This document shows positions 11,814 to 25,232 of a stretch of 64,000 nucleotides of DNA, piece after piece; the stretch's first letter is position 1; each line of letters begins with the position of its first letter. The notes beneath the pieces are model-generated. The model did no database searches. It saw nothing but the letters and a program-made list of their open reading frames with translations, and was not told the DNA's origin. The translations under genes were made by a program, and so were the position numbers. Source of the DNA: Octopus sinensis (lineage: Eukaryota); the NCBI RefSeq assembly GCF_006345805.1, contig NC_043009.1, positions 310,001 through 374,000 on the forward strand, read 5' to 3'.

Positions 11814-13266
11814 TAATATATAATAATAAATATTAGGGAATAAATCCAAATTTACAGGAAAATCAGATTTAGGATTGAATCCAATTTTATAGTAAAATAT
11901 TATATAATATTAATTAGAGACAAAACCACTATTTTGCAAATCAAACAAAGAAAGACTTAATCCAATACATAAAAAAAAAATTTTAATATAAATTAAATAA
12001 AATTATATTCGCCACTACAATTGTTTCGTGTCTCTTCTCAGGACATTCATCAGGTGGATTTCAGATCTAAAAATAATCAATATTTTTAAGATATAAATTT
12101 AAAATGACTAAAACTATAAATAATATAAATTTATCAATGAAAATATATATATATATATATAATCTATATATAATCAAGAACTAAAATAACATCTATAAAC
12201 AATTGAATATAAAGAAACCTAGTATTTAAGTTCTCATATTTAAAGATGAAGAATCTAATTTCAAAAAACAAAATAAAATAAAATATATACAAACACACAT
12301 GCTCATACACATATATCTAAGTATATATATAAACATATCTAAATACATACACTAACTCACACACCCGTATATATATCTCTATACATACACATAAACATCT
12401 AGGCAATGATAAATTAATAAAGTAGCCGTATACTTAAACACATTACTTATTCGTACTCCCACACACACACATACAACCCTCATTCATAAACACACTCACT
12501 CTGCATGACAACCACACATCCAACATCCGCAAATACTCAACCACAACAACAGAAACATTTTATTCTTAGCAATAAACTACCGAATACCATATACCACATA
12601 TATACAACACCATACATAAATACTTAAAACAAACACACACACACACACATATTCCAAATACCACATGCATACAACAAACATACACAAATACGCAAACAAA
12701 CACACACACACACACACATTCACACATACATAAACACTCAAAAGAAAACAACTTTTCTACACATAAACAATGCACACCCACACACACACACAATCACTCA
12801 CACACAACACCACTCCCACCGCCACTCCATCACAGAGGAGTAACAAATTCAGCAGATACATACATTCAGCCACACACATACATTAACATTCTCTACTCGG
12901 CAATATACTATTAAAAACCCCATCACCACTCTAAACAAAATTATGAATATGAATAATAACTTATATAGAATTATTCTATTATTAAACGTAACCTAAACCA
13001 TTTAAAAACGAATCTATCTATTTATCAAAGTATGTCTAAATTATTTAATAACTAATAGCAAAGAAAAGTACGATAAATAGATCAATACATAAACAACAAG
13101 TTTAACATAAGGAGAATATATTATACAAAAACTTATACATATACAATTAAAATTAAAATAGGAGATCTAAAATAATACATACCTTCTATTCTATTTTAAG
13201 TTATGAAGTGAATTTAAAAGTCTAACTGTTATAGCGTTTACAAAATTACGTTATCATAGAAATAGA

Positions 13267-13324
<58 letters not shown>

Positions 13325-13329
13325 CATAC

Positions 13330-13368
<39 letters not shown>

Positions 13369-13433
13369 ATATATATATACATATATATATAAATATATAT
13401 ATATATATATCATATATATATATATATATAATA

Positions 13434-13518
<85 letters not shown>

Positions 13519-13521
13519 CAT

Positions 13522-13554
<33 letters not shown>

Positions 13555-13589
13555 TGCATTTATGTAATGCATATTCTTTTTTGTTTCAG

Positions 13590-13694
13590 TGATTGGCAGT
13601 GCCATGGCTGAATGCGATCTTCAAAAGGTAATGGAATGTCAAAGATTTACATTCCGAAGCTGCAAGATCCCGAAAATAAAGAGGCTGTGTGCAA
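13590..13694 (+). CDS. Exon 2, copy 1 ([18 protein letters not shown][fs][17 protein letters not shown]); carries a -1 frameshift
   Basis: ttttttgtttcAG acceptor and AA|GTAAGA donor. It is 105 nt versus 106 nt in the paralog; one base is missing near 13641-13645 (caaag att tac). Confidence 0.8.
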
Positions 13695-14192
13695 GTAAGA
13701 TAAATAAATAAAAAAAAAGGATTTTTCCATTTTTCATTCTTCTCTTCTTTATACATTGTCAGGAGATTTAGATTCGAGGAGCCGGGTTCGATCCCCCAAA
13801 GTGGCACCTAGGTCAAGTTTTGTTAACCTCTAAATCTAGGATTGACTTAATCCGCGTGGCGTGGACACAGCTCCAGTGTTCAGGAATTTGGAAGAACATG
13901 TAGTTCCCCTTAATTGCGCCCTATTCTTAGGGGCTTTCTGGCCCTGAAAGGAACTACTCTACAGTTATAGATCCAGCAAGAGATTGATCCTGTGGCCATG
14001 GCGTTGCACCAGGTCTACCTGCCAGTGAGTATTTTTGTGTGGGAGTCAGCGATATAATTGGAACGAAATACATTCAAACGAAGAGGCGAAGGTCACGCGT
14101 GTCTGTGTGTGTGTGTGTGTTTGTTTTTCTATGCTCCTCCCACCACCACGTGACAACCACTGTTGGATTATTTATGTCCTTGTGACTTAGTT

Positions 14193-14402
14193 TGTGGAGG
14201 TGCGTGGCTTAGTGGTTAGGGTGTCAGCATCATGATCGTAAGATTGTGGTTTCGATTCCTGGACCGGCGACTTCATTTCACGTTGCTCCAGTCCACTCAG
14301 CTGGTAAAAAGGAGTAAAGCTGCGATAGACTGGCATCCCGACCAGCAGGGGTACACATACGCCATTGAACTGCATGGTTAGGCTTTAGAAAGGGCGCATT
14401 TA

Positions 14403-14465
<63 letters not shown>

Positions 14466-15450
14466 CATTATTATTATTTGTATTAGTTTGGCAAAACCGC
14501 CCGATAGAATTAGTACTAAGCCTTAAAAGCGAAAGAGTGCTGGCATCAATTTGTTCGACTTCAAAATAGAGCCCCAGCATGGCCGTCTGATAACTAAATC
14601 AAGTAAAAGAAAATATGGAGGAAAGGTTATTAATCTTCCGTTTTATGGAAAATTAATAACACAAATTTTAAATAATATACACTTTCATACGATGCGGCGA
14701 GCTGGCAGAAACGTTAGCATGCAGGACGACATAATTTGCGGTATCTAAGTGTCTAATATAAGGAATATCTTTGAAGGCGGCGCGCTGGCAGAACCGTTAG
14801 CAGGCCGGGCGAAATGCTTTGCGGTATTTCGTCTGCCGCTACGTTCTGAGCTCAAATTCCGCCGAGGTCAACTTTGCCTTTCCTCCTTTCGAGGTCGATT
14901 AAATAAGTACCAGTTACACACTGGGGTCAATATAATCGACTTAATTCGTTTGTCTGTCCTTGTTTGTTCCCTCTGTGTTTAGCCCCTTGTGGGTCGTAAA
15001 GAAATAGGTATTTCATTTTTCTTTGCGTTTTGTGTTCAAATTGCGCAGTGGTCACCTTTCCCTCTCATCCTTTCGAGGTCGATAAATTAAATACCAGCTA
15101 CGTTCTGGGGTCGTACTGGACCCCACCCACACACACACCAAATTCGGTCTTTGTTCCTAGTGTAGGTAAAGAATACCCACTAACAGACAACTTAGAAAAC
15201 TATCTTTTATTTTATTTTATATATTTTTATCCTTTACTCTTTTCAGTCATTTCACTGCACCATGCTGGAACATGGCCTTGAAGGGTTTTAGTCGAACAAA
15301 TCGACCGCAGGACTTATTCTTTGCAAACCTAGTACTTACTCTATCGGTATCTTTTGCCGAACCGCTAAGTTACGGGGACTCAAACACGCCAGCATCCGTT
15401 TCCAAACGATATCGGGGAGACAAACACAGACACACAAAAACACACACACA
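14193..15450 (+). mobile_element. Cluster of SINEs and SINE tails with an (ATT)n tract (paralog ~62805-63950)
   Basis: Recurrent heads ggaggtgcgtggcttagtggttaggg and aaggcggcgcgctggcagaa; shared tails. Confidence 0.75.
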
Positions 15451-15460
15451 CTCACACACA

Positions 15461-15501
<41 letters not shown>

Positions 15502-15544
15502 TATATATATATATAATATATATAATATATATATATATATATGC

Positions 15545-15683
15545 GGTGGGCTCCTTTCAGTATCCGTCTACCAATCCACTCACAAGGCTTTGGGCGACCC
15601 GAGGCTATAGTAGAAGACACTTGCCCAAGTGGCAACGCGGTGGGACTGAACCCGGGACTATGTGGTTGGTAAGCGAGCTACTT
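15545..15683 (-). mobile_element. tRNA-derived SINE split by the L1-like insertion (head resumes at 17622-17655)
   Basis: The rejoined sequence gives head ggctgtgtggtaagtagctcgcttaccaaccacatagtcccgggttcagtcc. Confidence 0.8.
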
Positions 15684-17621
15684 TATTTTATTTTATTTGC
15701 CATAATGGCAGTATACAGTGTAGCTGCGGGCTGGACAAGACATTAATGAGGCGAATGGTAACAATACAAGATGATAAAGATGAGAGAAGACACAAAGCGC
15801 CCGCCGACACCCTGCTTCTCGAAAACATTGTTCGTTATAAACATCTAAAAAGGAAATAAACCTCTTACAAATATATACAAAAACTTGGACTAGAAGTCTA
15901 TTACAAAGGAAACAAATTTTATACGTATATAGGCGATAAACCACTTACATTACTCCCTCAATTAACTCTTCTGTGGCCTACAGGTATTCCCGCAACCACC
16001 AATCTGAGCCAAAATAAAGTAATCTGTATTCCTCCTTTGGCAAGGATATTGAAACCGGAAAAAATGTTTTCTTTCCAGTACCAGTGCAGCCACCTGTGAA
16101 GGCCACTCAGGACTGTCAATAAAAATCGGGTCCATCATAACCCGACAATCAAGATTATTTGCCACATACTCCTCAATCACCCCTCTCTTGCTTTCGAGAT
16201 ATGCCGTCGCCGGCAATGCCCTGTTTTTCTTTTTCTTCTTCATTTTCCCTTTTGCGACGTTAGGATGGAGTTCCACCGACATATCTGGAGGTCCTTCTTC
16301 CCCTTCCTCCACCTCAGGGTCCATCGGCTGGCAACCATTGTTGCCCACCTTGTTTCTCTTAGTACCTTTTCTCGAGTAGGTTACCTCCTCCTCCAGTGAA
16401 GGAGCAGGAGGCTCCGTTGGGGGAACAGTGGGTTCACAGTCATCAATCAACTGTTCCAGGACATCCGCCTGGTCCCGACAACAGTTCTTCTTCATGTGCC
16501 CTGATTGCATGCACAGGTGACACATGGGGGTGGGGCGTCCTTCAATGATCACCGGGTGCCTGGAACTAGCCATTGTCAAGAAATCTAGTAAAACCAGATC
16601 TTCCGCCGATTGGGCCCATAGGGTCAAAAGCAATTTTGACCCGACCCAAGCGACCGCAATAGTATTTTTACATTCAAGAACTTGGCAGGGCCACCACCCA
16701 GGCTCGAGGGATAGAATCTTCTATCCATTCAGCCTCTGTACTAGGCGGCAGCCCACACACCCAGGCTCTTGTCAATTAACGCCCACCATAAGGAGGGAGA
16801 TACAAAATCTTCCTCCCATCTATAGACTGGCTCGCAAATTTCCGAGCCTCCGTAGGGGTGTCGAAAGCACGCACACCGTTGCGTACTTTGCACCCCAACG
16901 GATGAACCTATAAGTTGGCTCAAATACTGCCAACTCTTCTTCAATTTCACTCTGAGGGAATACACAGATGGTGTCGCGGTCCTTGCAATAGGGATGCAAC
17001 AACACAGTTCTCTCATCATAGTTTTTTAACCACTCCTTGGGGTCAACAGTTCGCAACTCCAAGGTTTCTTACATTTGGTTATCATCAATAAAATAAATTA
17101 AAATATAGATGTTCATAACAAATAAAAGTCTCTAATGCAAACACAAAAAAAAGCAGAAAAAGCGAATAGAGGAAAAGAACGAAGGATGACAGTTCAAAGG
17201 ACAACAAAATTCAACTCTGGTAATCCTTTGTCGCACAGTTAAAAATCCCTTGCAGCCGGAAAAATAGCAGCAAAAAATTCCTGGTTGTACTCCAAATGGT
17301 AAAATTCTGGTTGTACTCCAATTGGTAAAATCCACGAAGTGCACACAGTCACATAAAATCATAAATTTCCGGAGGGGATACGCCCCCTCAAAAAACACAA
17401 TTCTCACTACACAGTGAGTCTTTTTGCACGTTCACAGGCAGGTAAATAACCCAGTGGAGACCCTTGCTCGTCAAAAATCATTAATTACGAACCAACGGAC
17501 TCCAATAAGCTCACCACAAAAACAAACACCTTACCTGTAGTCGTGCTTCAGTTGTTCAATATTTCTACGTGGAACGACGTGACTTCGGAGCGTATGAAAA
17601 CGCGAACTCTTCTGTTGTGAA
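15684..17621 (-). mobile_element. ORF1-only (HAL1-like) L1/Tx1 derivative with a 15-bp TSD
   Basis: TSD gtaagcgagctactt at 15669-15683 and 17622-17636; gag-like ORF1 with CHLCMQSGHMKKNC knuckle; ~280-nt 3' UTR and (AAAAT)n tail; no endonuclease or RT sequence. Confidence 0.8.
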
Positions 17622-17867
17622 GTAAGCGAGCTACTTACCACACAGCCATTCCTATGTAGTTAGACACGGGCTTCTTTCAGTTTCCGTCTATCAAATCCAC
17701 TCACAAGGCTTTGGTTGGACCGAGGCCATAGTTGAGGACACCTCCTGAAGATTCCACGCAGGGGGACTGAGTCTGGAACCATGTTGTTGGGAAGCAAGCT
17801 TCTTATCGCACAGCTACGCCTGCACCTATGTATATATTCAATGTTTTCTTTCTTTCCTTCTTTATAG

Positions 17868-17989
17868 AGCAGCTTCAGACTTGATGAACTGTATGGGCTC
17901 GGCCTCTACTGGTTGCGGTGAAGAAATGGAGAAAACATTCGACCAAGCTCGTTCACAGATTGCAGAATTAGGATGTCCACAGTCATCAC
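17868..17989 (+). CDS. Exon 3, copy 1 (AASDLMNCMGSASTGCGEEMEKTFDQARSQIAELGCPQSS)
   Basis: Long polypyrimidine tract plus tttatAG acceptor; C|GTAAGT donor; 122 nt, phase 2 to phase 1, matching the neighbouring exons; overlaps ORF 17881..18198. Confidence 0.8.
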
Positions 17990-17996
17990 GTAAGTA

Positions 17997-18037
<41 letters not shown>

Positions 18038-18066
18038 GACACACACACACACACACAAGACACACA

Positions 18067-18111
<45 letters not shown>

Positions 18112-18622
18112 CCTAAACTTCTTAATTGGATGCAAAACACTTTCATTAAGTTTGTCGTAAACGTCCATGTTTGTTTTCAGTTAACCTTTGCTTCATAAGT
18201 TCTGAGTTTAGTTAAACTTTGCTTCATACGCTCTGAGTATTTCCTTTCAAAAGTCCCAAGCAACTTTGGAGGTTGAAACACACATTGGGAATGTGCATCA
18301 GATGATGCATGAGCGCCAGGGAAATAGGTTCTGTTTGCCCAAAGCATTATCATAAGTTTGTCCTAAACGCCTATGCATGTTTTCAGATTTTTAGTTAAGC
18401 CCTGACAAGAAAAGCTATGTCAGAGAACACGGCTCTGGTATTCAAACTGATGCAAAAATTTGAATGGGCTTTTGCCACACGCAGTAGGGAGTGTGATGGT
18501 AAGTAAAAAGAGGGATAATTTACAAGTTTCGGTTTATTTAGATTTCATCGGCTAAATATATTTTTGATAGCATATCTAGACCAAATACGTAGGTTTTAAA
18601 GTGCTTAATGGTAGTTATATAT

Positions 18623-18676
<54 letters not shown>

Positions 18677-18690
18677 TATATATATATGTT

Positions 18691-18722
<32 letters not shown>

Positions 18723-18777
18723 GACACAAACATGTATGCAGACACACATATATATATATGTGTGTGTATGTGTATTA

Positions 18778-18847
<70 letters not shown>

Positions 18848-20420
18848 TCTACATAATTGGGCAATTCTCTCTGCGGGTGTGTTTGCGGTGTCGTTAGCTA
18901 ACTCCTCCTACATCGTTTTATCGATTTTGATGAAACTTAATACGTGAATAGAACTCATGACTGGAACCCTTTAACAGCTTACACTTATGGAACAGAACCA
19001 AGGGATAAGTCCAGTTTTTCCGGGAATTACCGGATACGTCAGTTATTATATATATGTATGTATGGAAATGATCCTTATATCTACTACATATAATTAATGT
19101 TGTTTAAATGCTCAGGGGAAATAACCCATAGCACCATTACTTATAATTGTCAGTTTTTAACGAAGCGGTCAATATTTGTTTCTCGCGATCAGGCGACCTA
19201 ATTCAATATTTCGCTACTCACACTTTTTAATTGCTAAACCTGATTATTGCACTTTCATGATTTGAATCTTAAACCTTAAAGATTTCATTCATACATTTAT
19301 ATACATACATTTGACTGCTCATAACTCCGATAATTCTGCATTTCTCCAGTTACACCTTTTTGATGTCAGTAGATAAATTTTTAATTCCAGAACGTATATG
19401 TAGCAGCTTCATGCAGGCATAGTGTGGATTCGATCCCCGATTGACAAATTTCACTTAACAGTTCAACAGCACTTTTCTTACGGTAAAACAATAGTCTTTC
19501 TATGAATGACAGCAGTTACATTTGCCAGATGCCTTCGCTAAGCAGAATAATGTCTTTAGAACTTCTAACCTCTTCTACGCCTACAGGGGCTGGAATGGAG
19601 ATAACAGACTTCCAATGAAAACACAAACTTCGTGACATACATAGATTGTTGAAAAAATCGATAATAGGGCCCCTGGAAGGATCTTTATAACTACTATATA
19701 TAACTAATATTTTATTTAAACACCCAAGGGAAATAACCCATAGCACCTGCATTTACATCAGTTTTTAGCGAAGCGATCAATATTTGATTCTCACGATCAA
19801 CGGACCTAATTCTCCATTTCACTACTCACACTTTTGAACTACTAAACCTTATTAATGCACTTTCTTGATTTGAATTTTAAACCTTAAAGATTCAGATCAA
19901 CAAATGTATGGGCAGACATTGGAAGTGGTAGGCCTTAATCTTGCAGAACCTAATTTTTTCACGGACAGCTCTATGTCGGATGCTCTAGAGTTGGAAATCC
20001 GGAAAATGTATTCATCTATGCTCCCAACGGCATAACCTAAAACATTGTCTAGCACGAAGCCCTGCAAGACTAATATTTTGGAACAAAGATGCATCTTCCC
20101 CCGACAACCTCTCTCGCTAACCTCCGAAAACCTCTCTCGCCAACCTCGAAAATCTCTCTCGACAATCCCTAACAGACTTTCTCGCCAATCCCCGACAGTC
20201 TCTCTTGCCAATCTCTCCCTCTTCCACCTGAGAGTTTTTTGTACTCTTTCGCAATGGAAAATACACCTTTTGTGGCAGTTATAACAAAATTGCTTTCTTT
20301 ATATCAGAGTAATAAGGCGTTTCAATAAGGCGTTTAACTAGAACATCTTTACCCCCGGAAATTATCAGGTATACCAGATTGTATATATATATGGATGACG
20401 CGTGACCGAGTAAAACCACT
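18848..20420 (+). mobile_element. Non-autonomous Helitron-like element with a helicase C-terminal remnant
   Basis: A|TC start. 19897-20070 translates to INKCMGQTLEVVGLNL..HGQLYVGCSRVG (Helitron Pif1-type helicase motifs). Internal ~220-bp duplication (19068-19288 / 19677-19893) and ~21-bp subrepeats at 20098-20220. Confidence 0.7.
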
Positions 20421-20469
20421 TTTTTAACGCATTTTGCTCCAAGACGCATCTCATATTTGGTCTCCCCAT

Positions 20470-20770
20470 CGCTTTTGATGTCCCATATGGCTCGTAAGAC
20501 CTGTAAGGAATCTACAAGTCATTCTACACCGACCAACCAAGCAACAGCCCAACAATTTGGATGTTGGGACCTACAATACTGAATGAAGCTAGTGGCCGAC
20601 CGAGACACGCTGCTACATACGGTGCACGTAATAACATGCGGGGCAGCACATTGGTAGACACGATTGTAACTGAGTTGGCTTGACTTCGATGAGCAGACAG
20701 GACCACACTGATCGCAGGAAAGGAACTCATTTGTGTCCTTGTTAGGGAGAGGAGAGTTCACATCCTCCAT
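20470..20770 (-). pseudogene. Degenerate C2H2 zinc-finger-like fragment
   Basis: CDQCGPVCSSK.., CTVC..RS..FIQY..QHP, and in another frame CRMTCRFLTGLTSHM; His ligands are partly lost. Confidence 0.4.
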
Positions 20771-21482
20771 ATATATTTACCACTGTCTTTATGATAGACC
20801 TAATTTGCAGCCGAAATTTGTGGTGAAGCACTTGATCATTTTGTGTAGGGCTATCCTGAACTAACACCAAACGAATATAAATACCGTCACGATATAAGGT
20901 AGAGTAATGTTTACATTGGAAAATATGTAAGCAGTACCAAATAGACACACCTGCTGACTGGCATAAACACCGTTCTGACTCAGTGGCTGAAGGCGAAAAT
21001 GTCATCAGCTGAGACTTGCCTAACACTGACTGAACAATCCACGCTAATCGACCAGACATAACCATTAAAGACTGAGAAAAAATGCTTGTAAACTGATAGA
21101 TATGTGACCCTTCTAACAATATATCTGCCAAGGAATTTGACAAGCCCAGTAAATATAAGAATCTAAGCTGAGTAGATATAAGAATCTGAGTAAATGTAAG
21201 AATATAAGTTATTGAAATACTAGACACAGCATTTTGAAGCGAAAACTGTCCCTGTTATTATAAGTATCAGAAACATCTAGATAACCTCCCAGAAGACACA
21301 TCTCTCACAAATATATTTTCAAAATGTGTTAACATGTACTACCCACCCTCTTAGAAAAGCTCTATCAAATTACATGCTTTTTACTGTAGTGTTCATGTAT
21401 TGTATATGTATTTTTGTACTGTCTTCCCCACTTTCTCTCCCCAAACTTTCAAATCTACCTAAACATTTGTTAAGCATCACTA

Positions 21483-21530
<48 letters not shown>

Positions 21531-21531
<1 letters not shown>

Positions 21532-24086
21532 GTAAACAACCCCAAAAAGTTCTACCAAGAACTGGGAAAAAAATAAAATAGAAGTCACTGCAGCACCAAC
21601 GGAAGAAGAAGTGGAAGAATTCTGGAGAGAAATATGGTCGGCGAACGAACAGCCAAAAAAAAGGAGTATCAAAATAACAAACTCGGCATCTGAACAACTT
21701 TGGACCACCATAACAACTGAAGAGGTCACCCGGGCACTGCAAAAAAATAGCAACTGGAAGGCACCTGGGCATGACAAGATCCCCAACTTCTGGTTGAAAT
21801 ATCTAACAGGAATGCACAAAAAGCTGGCTGAAAACTTTAACAGCATACTAGCAGAGCCAGAGACAATGCCTGAATGGCTCACGAAGGGGAAAACCATCTT
21901 AATTCCCAAATCAAATGAAACAGCAAAACCAGAAAACTACAGACCAATAACCTGCCTCCCTACTATGTTCAAGGCATTTACTGCAGTGATATCGCAAGGC
22001 TGAAAAGCACTGGACGAAAACAAACTGTTCCCAGAAGAGCAGAAAGGATGCCGCAAAGGCTCATATGGCTGTAAAGATCAACTAATGATTAATAAAGCCG
22101 TAACTGAAGACAGCCACAGAAAGAAGAAAGGCCTCAGTATGGCCTGGATTGACTACAAAAAGCGTTTGATAGCATCCCCCACACATGGATCCTCGAAACA
22201 CTAGCCATTAACAAAGTAGCACCAACAATCATAAAATTCATAGAGCACTCTATGAATAAATGGCAAACAGTCCTACACCTCCAAACAAAAGAGGGACTCA
22301 TGAAAACCAAAGACATCCCCATTAGAAGTGGAATATTCCAGGGAGACACGCTCTCTCCACTCCTTTTCTGCTTGGCACTGTCACCTCTATCTGATATGCT
22401 AAATAGAACTGGATGCGGATATAAATGTTACGGCAAAACGATCAGCCACCTTTTAATATATGGATGACCTAAAACTATACGCTGCAAATGACAAACAGCT
22501 GGAAACACTATTAAAGACAGTTCATGGATTTACCAAAGAAATAGATATGAAATTTGGATTAGAAAAATGCGCCAAAGTAACCATGAAAAGAGGAAAACTA
22601 GTTAAGAGTAACAACATCACACTAGATAAAACCAATGAAATAAAAGAATTAGACCAAAGCCAAACTTACAAATACTTAGGAATCCATGAACTAGATAAGA
22701 CACAACACACACAAATGAAGGAAAATAAAAAAAGAATATTATAGACGAGTTAGATCAATACTAAAAACAGAGCTCAATGCTAAAAACAAGATAATAGTTA
22801 TCAACACTTTAGCTGTCCCAGTTATAAGTTACAGCTACAATATCCTTAACTGGACACGAAATGAACTGTCCAAAATAGATAGGAAACAGAAAAATACTGA
22901 CAGTATCTAGGATGCATCACCCAAAATCTGACATAGAAAGACTATATATACAACGTATAGAAGGTGGTAGAGGCCTTATACAGCTGGAAAACTACTATAA
23001 AATAACCACCATAGGACTGCAAAAATACCTACTTCAGAAGGAAGGAAAACTGATCCAGATAGCAGCAAAACACGAGCAAAACAAAAAACTGTTCTCAGTA
23101 TTTAAGCAAGCTGACAAATACAAACAAGAAATCCTACCACCTAATAAACACGAAGAAGAAGAAGATGATGATGAAGGAACAACAAAAGCTATAAAACAAA
23201 TGAAATCCAAACTAAAAAATAGAACAGCAACGAACCATGATAAAACGATGGCAAGAAAAACCCCTTCATGGTAAATACTGCACTAAACTAAACGCAAAAG
23301 AAATAGACAAAGAAAAATCCCAGCAATGGTTGAGAAGCTCAGGACTCAAAGCAGAAACAGAGGGATTTTTAATTGCAGCACAAGACCAAAGCCTCCCCAC
23401 CAGAAATTACCAAAAACATGTAATGAAAAGAAATATTACAAGTAACTGCAGAATATGTGGAGATGGACAAGAAACAATAAATCATATTATCTCTAGTTGC
23501 CCAGTCCTGGCTAAGAAGGAATATATTCACAGACATGACAGAGTTGGAACCTACATACATTGGAGGCTATGCCAACATTATGGAATAACAACAGAAAAGG
23601 TCACAGAAAACGAGAAAGCAACCATACTCTGGGATATGCCGATACACACAGATAGAGAAATTAAGGCCAACAGACCAGATATAGTTGTCAGAGATCATGA
23701 AGAAAGAAATGCTTTCTAATTGATGTATCAATACCGGCAGATGACAACGTTTCTCTAAAAGAAATGGAGAAACTCTCAAAATACAAAGACCTGGAAATAT
23801 AGGTAACTAGAATGTGGAATCTGAAAACAGAAACAATTCCTATCATAGTAGGTGCATTAGGCATGATAAAAAAATATTCAGACAAATACATAACAAAAAC
23901 ACCAGGACTTACAAACACATATAACATACAGAAAATTGCACTACTAGGCACTGCACACATCCTACGCAGAACACTTTCCATACAATAACCATCAGAGCAT
24001 CACAACAAATCACAGCACATACCCAAGGCACACAGAGCTGCACTCGGTAGTGAAGTGAAAGCACGATATAAAAAATAAAACTACTG
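21531..24086 (+). mobile_element. R4/Dong-like RLE LINE, family A, 5'-truncated (A1)
   Basis: RT (YRPITCL, IFQGDTLSP, YMDDLKL), CRIC..ETINHIISSC knuckle, RPDIVV restriction-like endonuclease; (AAT)n on both sides. Confidence 0.92.
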
Positions 24087-24110
24087 AAAATAATAATAAT
24101 AATAATAATG

Positions 24111-24173
<63 letters not shown>

Positions 24174-24205
24174 TAATAATAATAATAATATAATAATAAT
24201 AATAA

Positions 24206-25232
<1,027 letters not shown>

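Larger units (their letters stand above)
10175..12720 (+). repeat. Near-identical 1297-bp tandem duplication
   Basis: tcacgtgatcaag at 10175 and 11472; differences are mostly 1-nt indels. Confidence 0.9.
3346..15470 (+). repeat. Segmental (tandem gene) duplication, copy 1
   Basis: Collinear similarity (~90-95% by eye) to 54792-64000, interrupted by copy-specific insertions. Confidence 0.92.

Noticed and set aside
13971-14024. 54-nt in-frame candidate cassette exon (AG...GTGAGT), open in both paralogs
   Set aside because: There is no polypyrimidine tract, conservation equals the intron background, and the peptide would disrupt the Cys spacing.
17990-18198. C-terminal extension RKYHTHTHT... 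of ORF 17881..18198
   Set aside because: This is read-through past the exon 3 donor into a (CA)n microsatellite.
20990-21015. CTGATGA on the minus strand (also at 32868, 32945, 38817 on + and 49261 on -)
   Set aside because: There is no properly placed GAAA or flanking stems.
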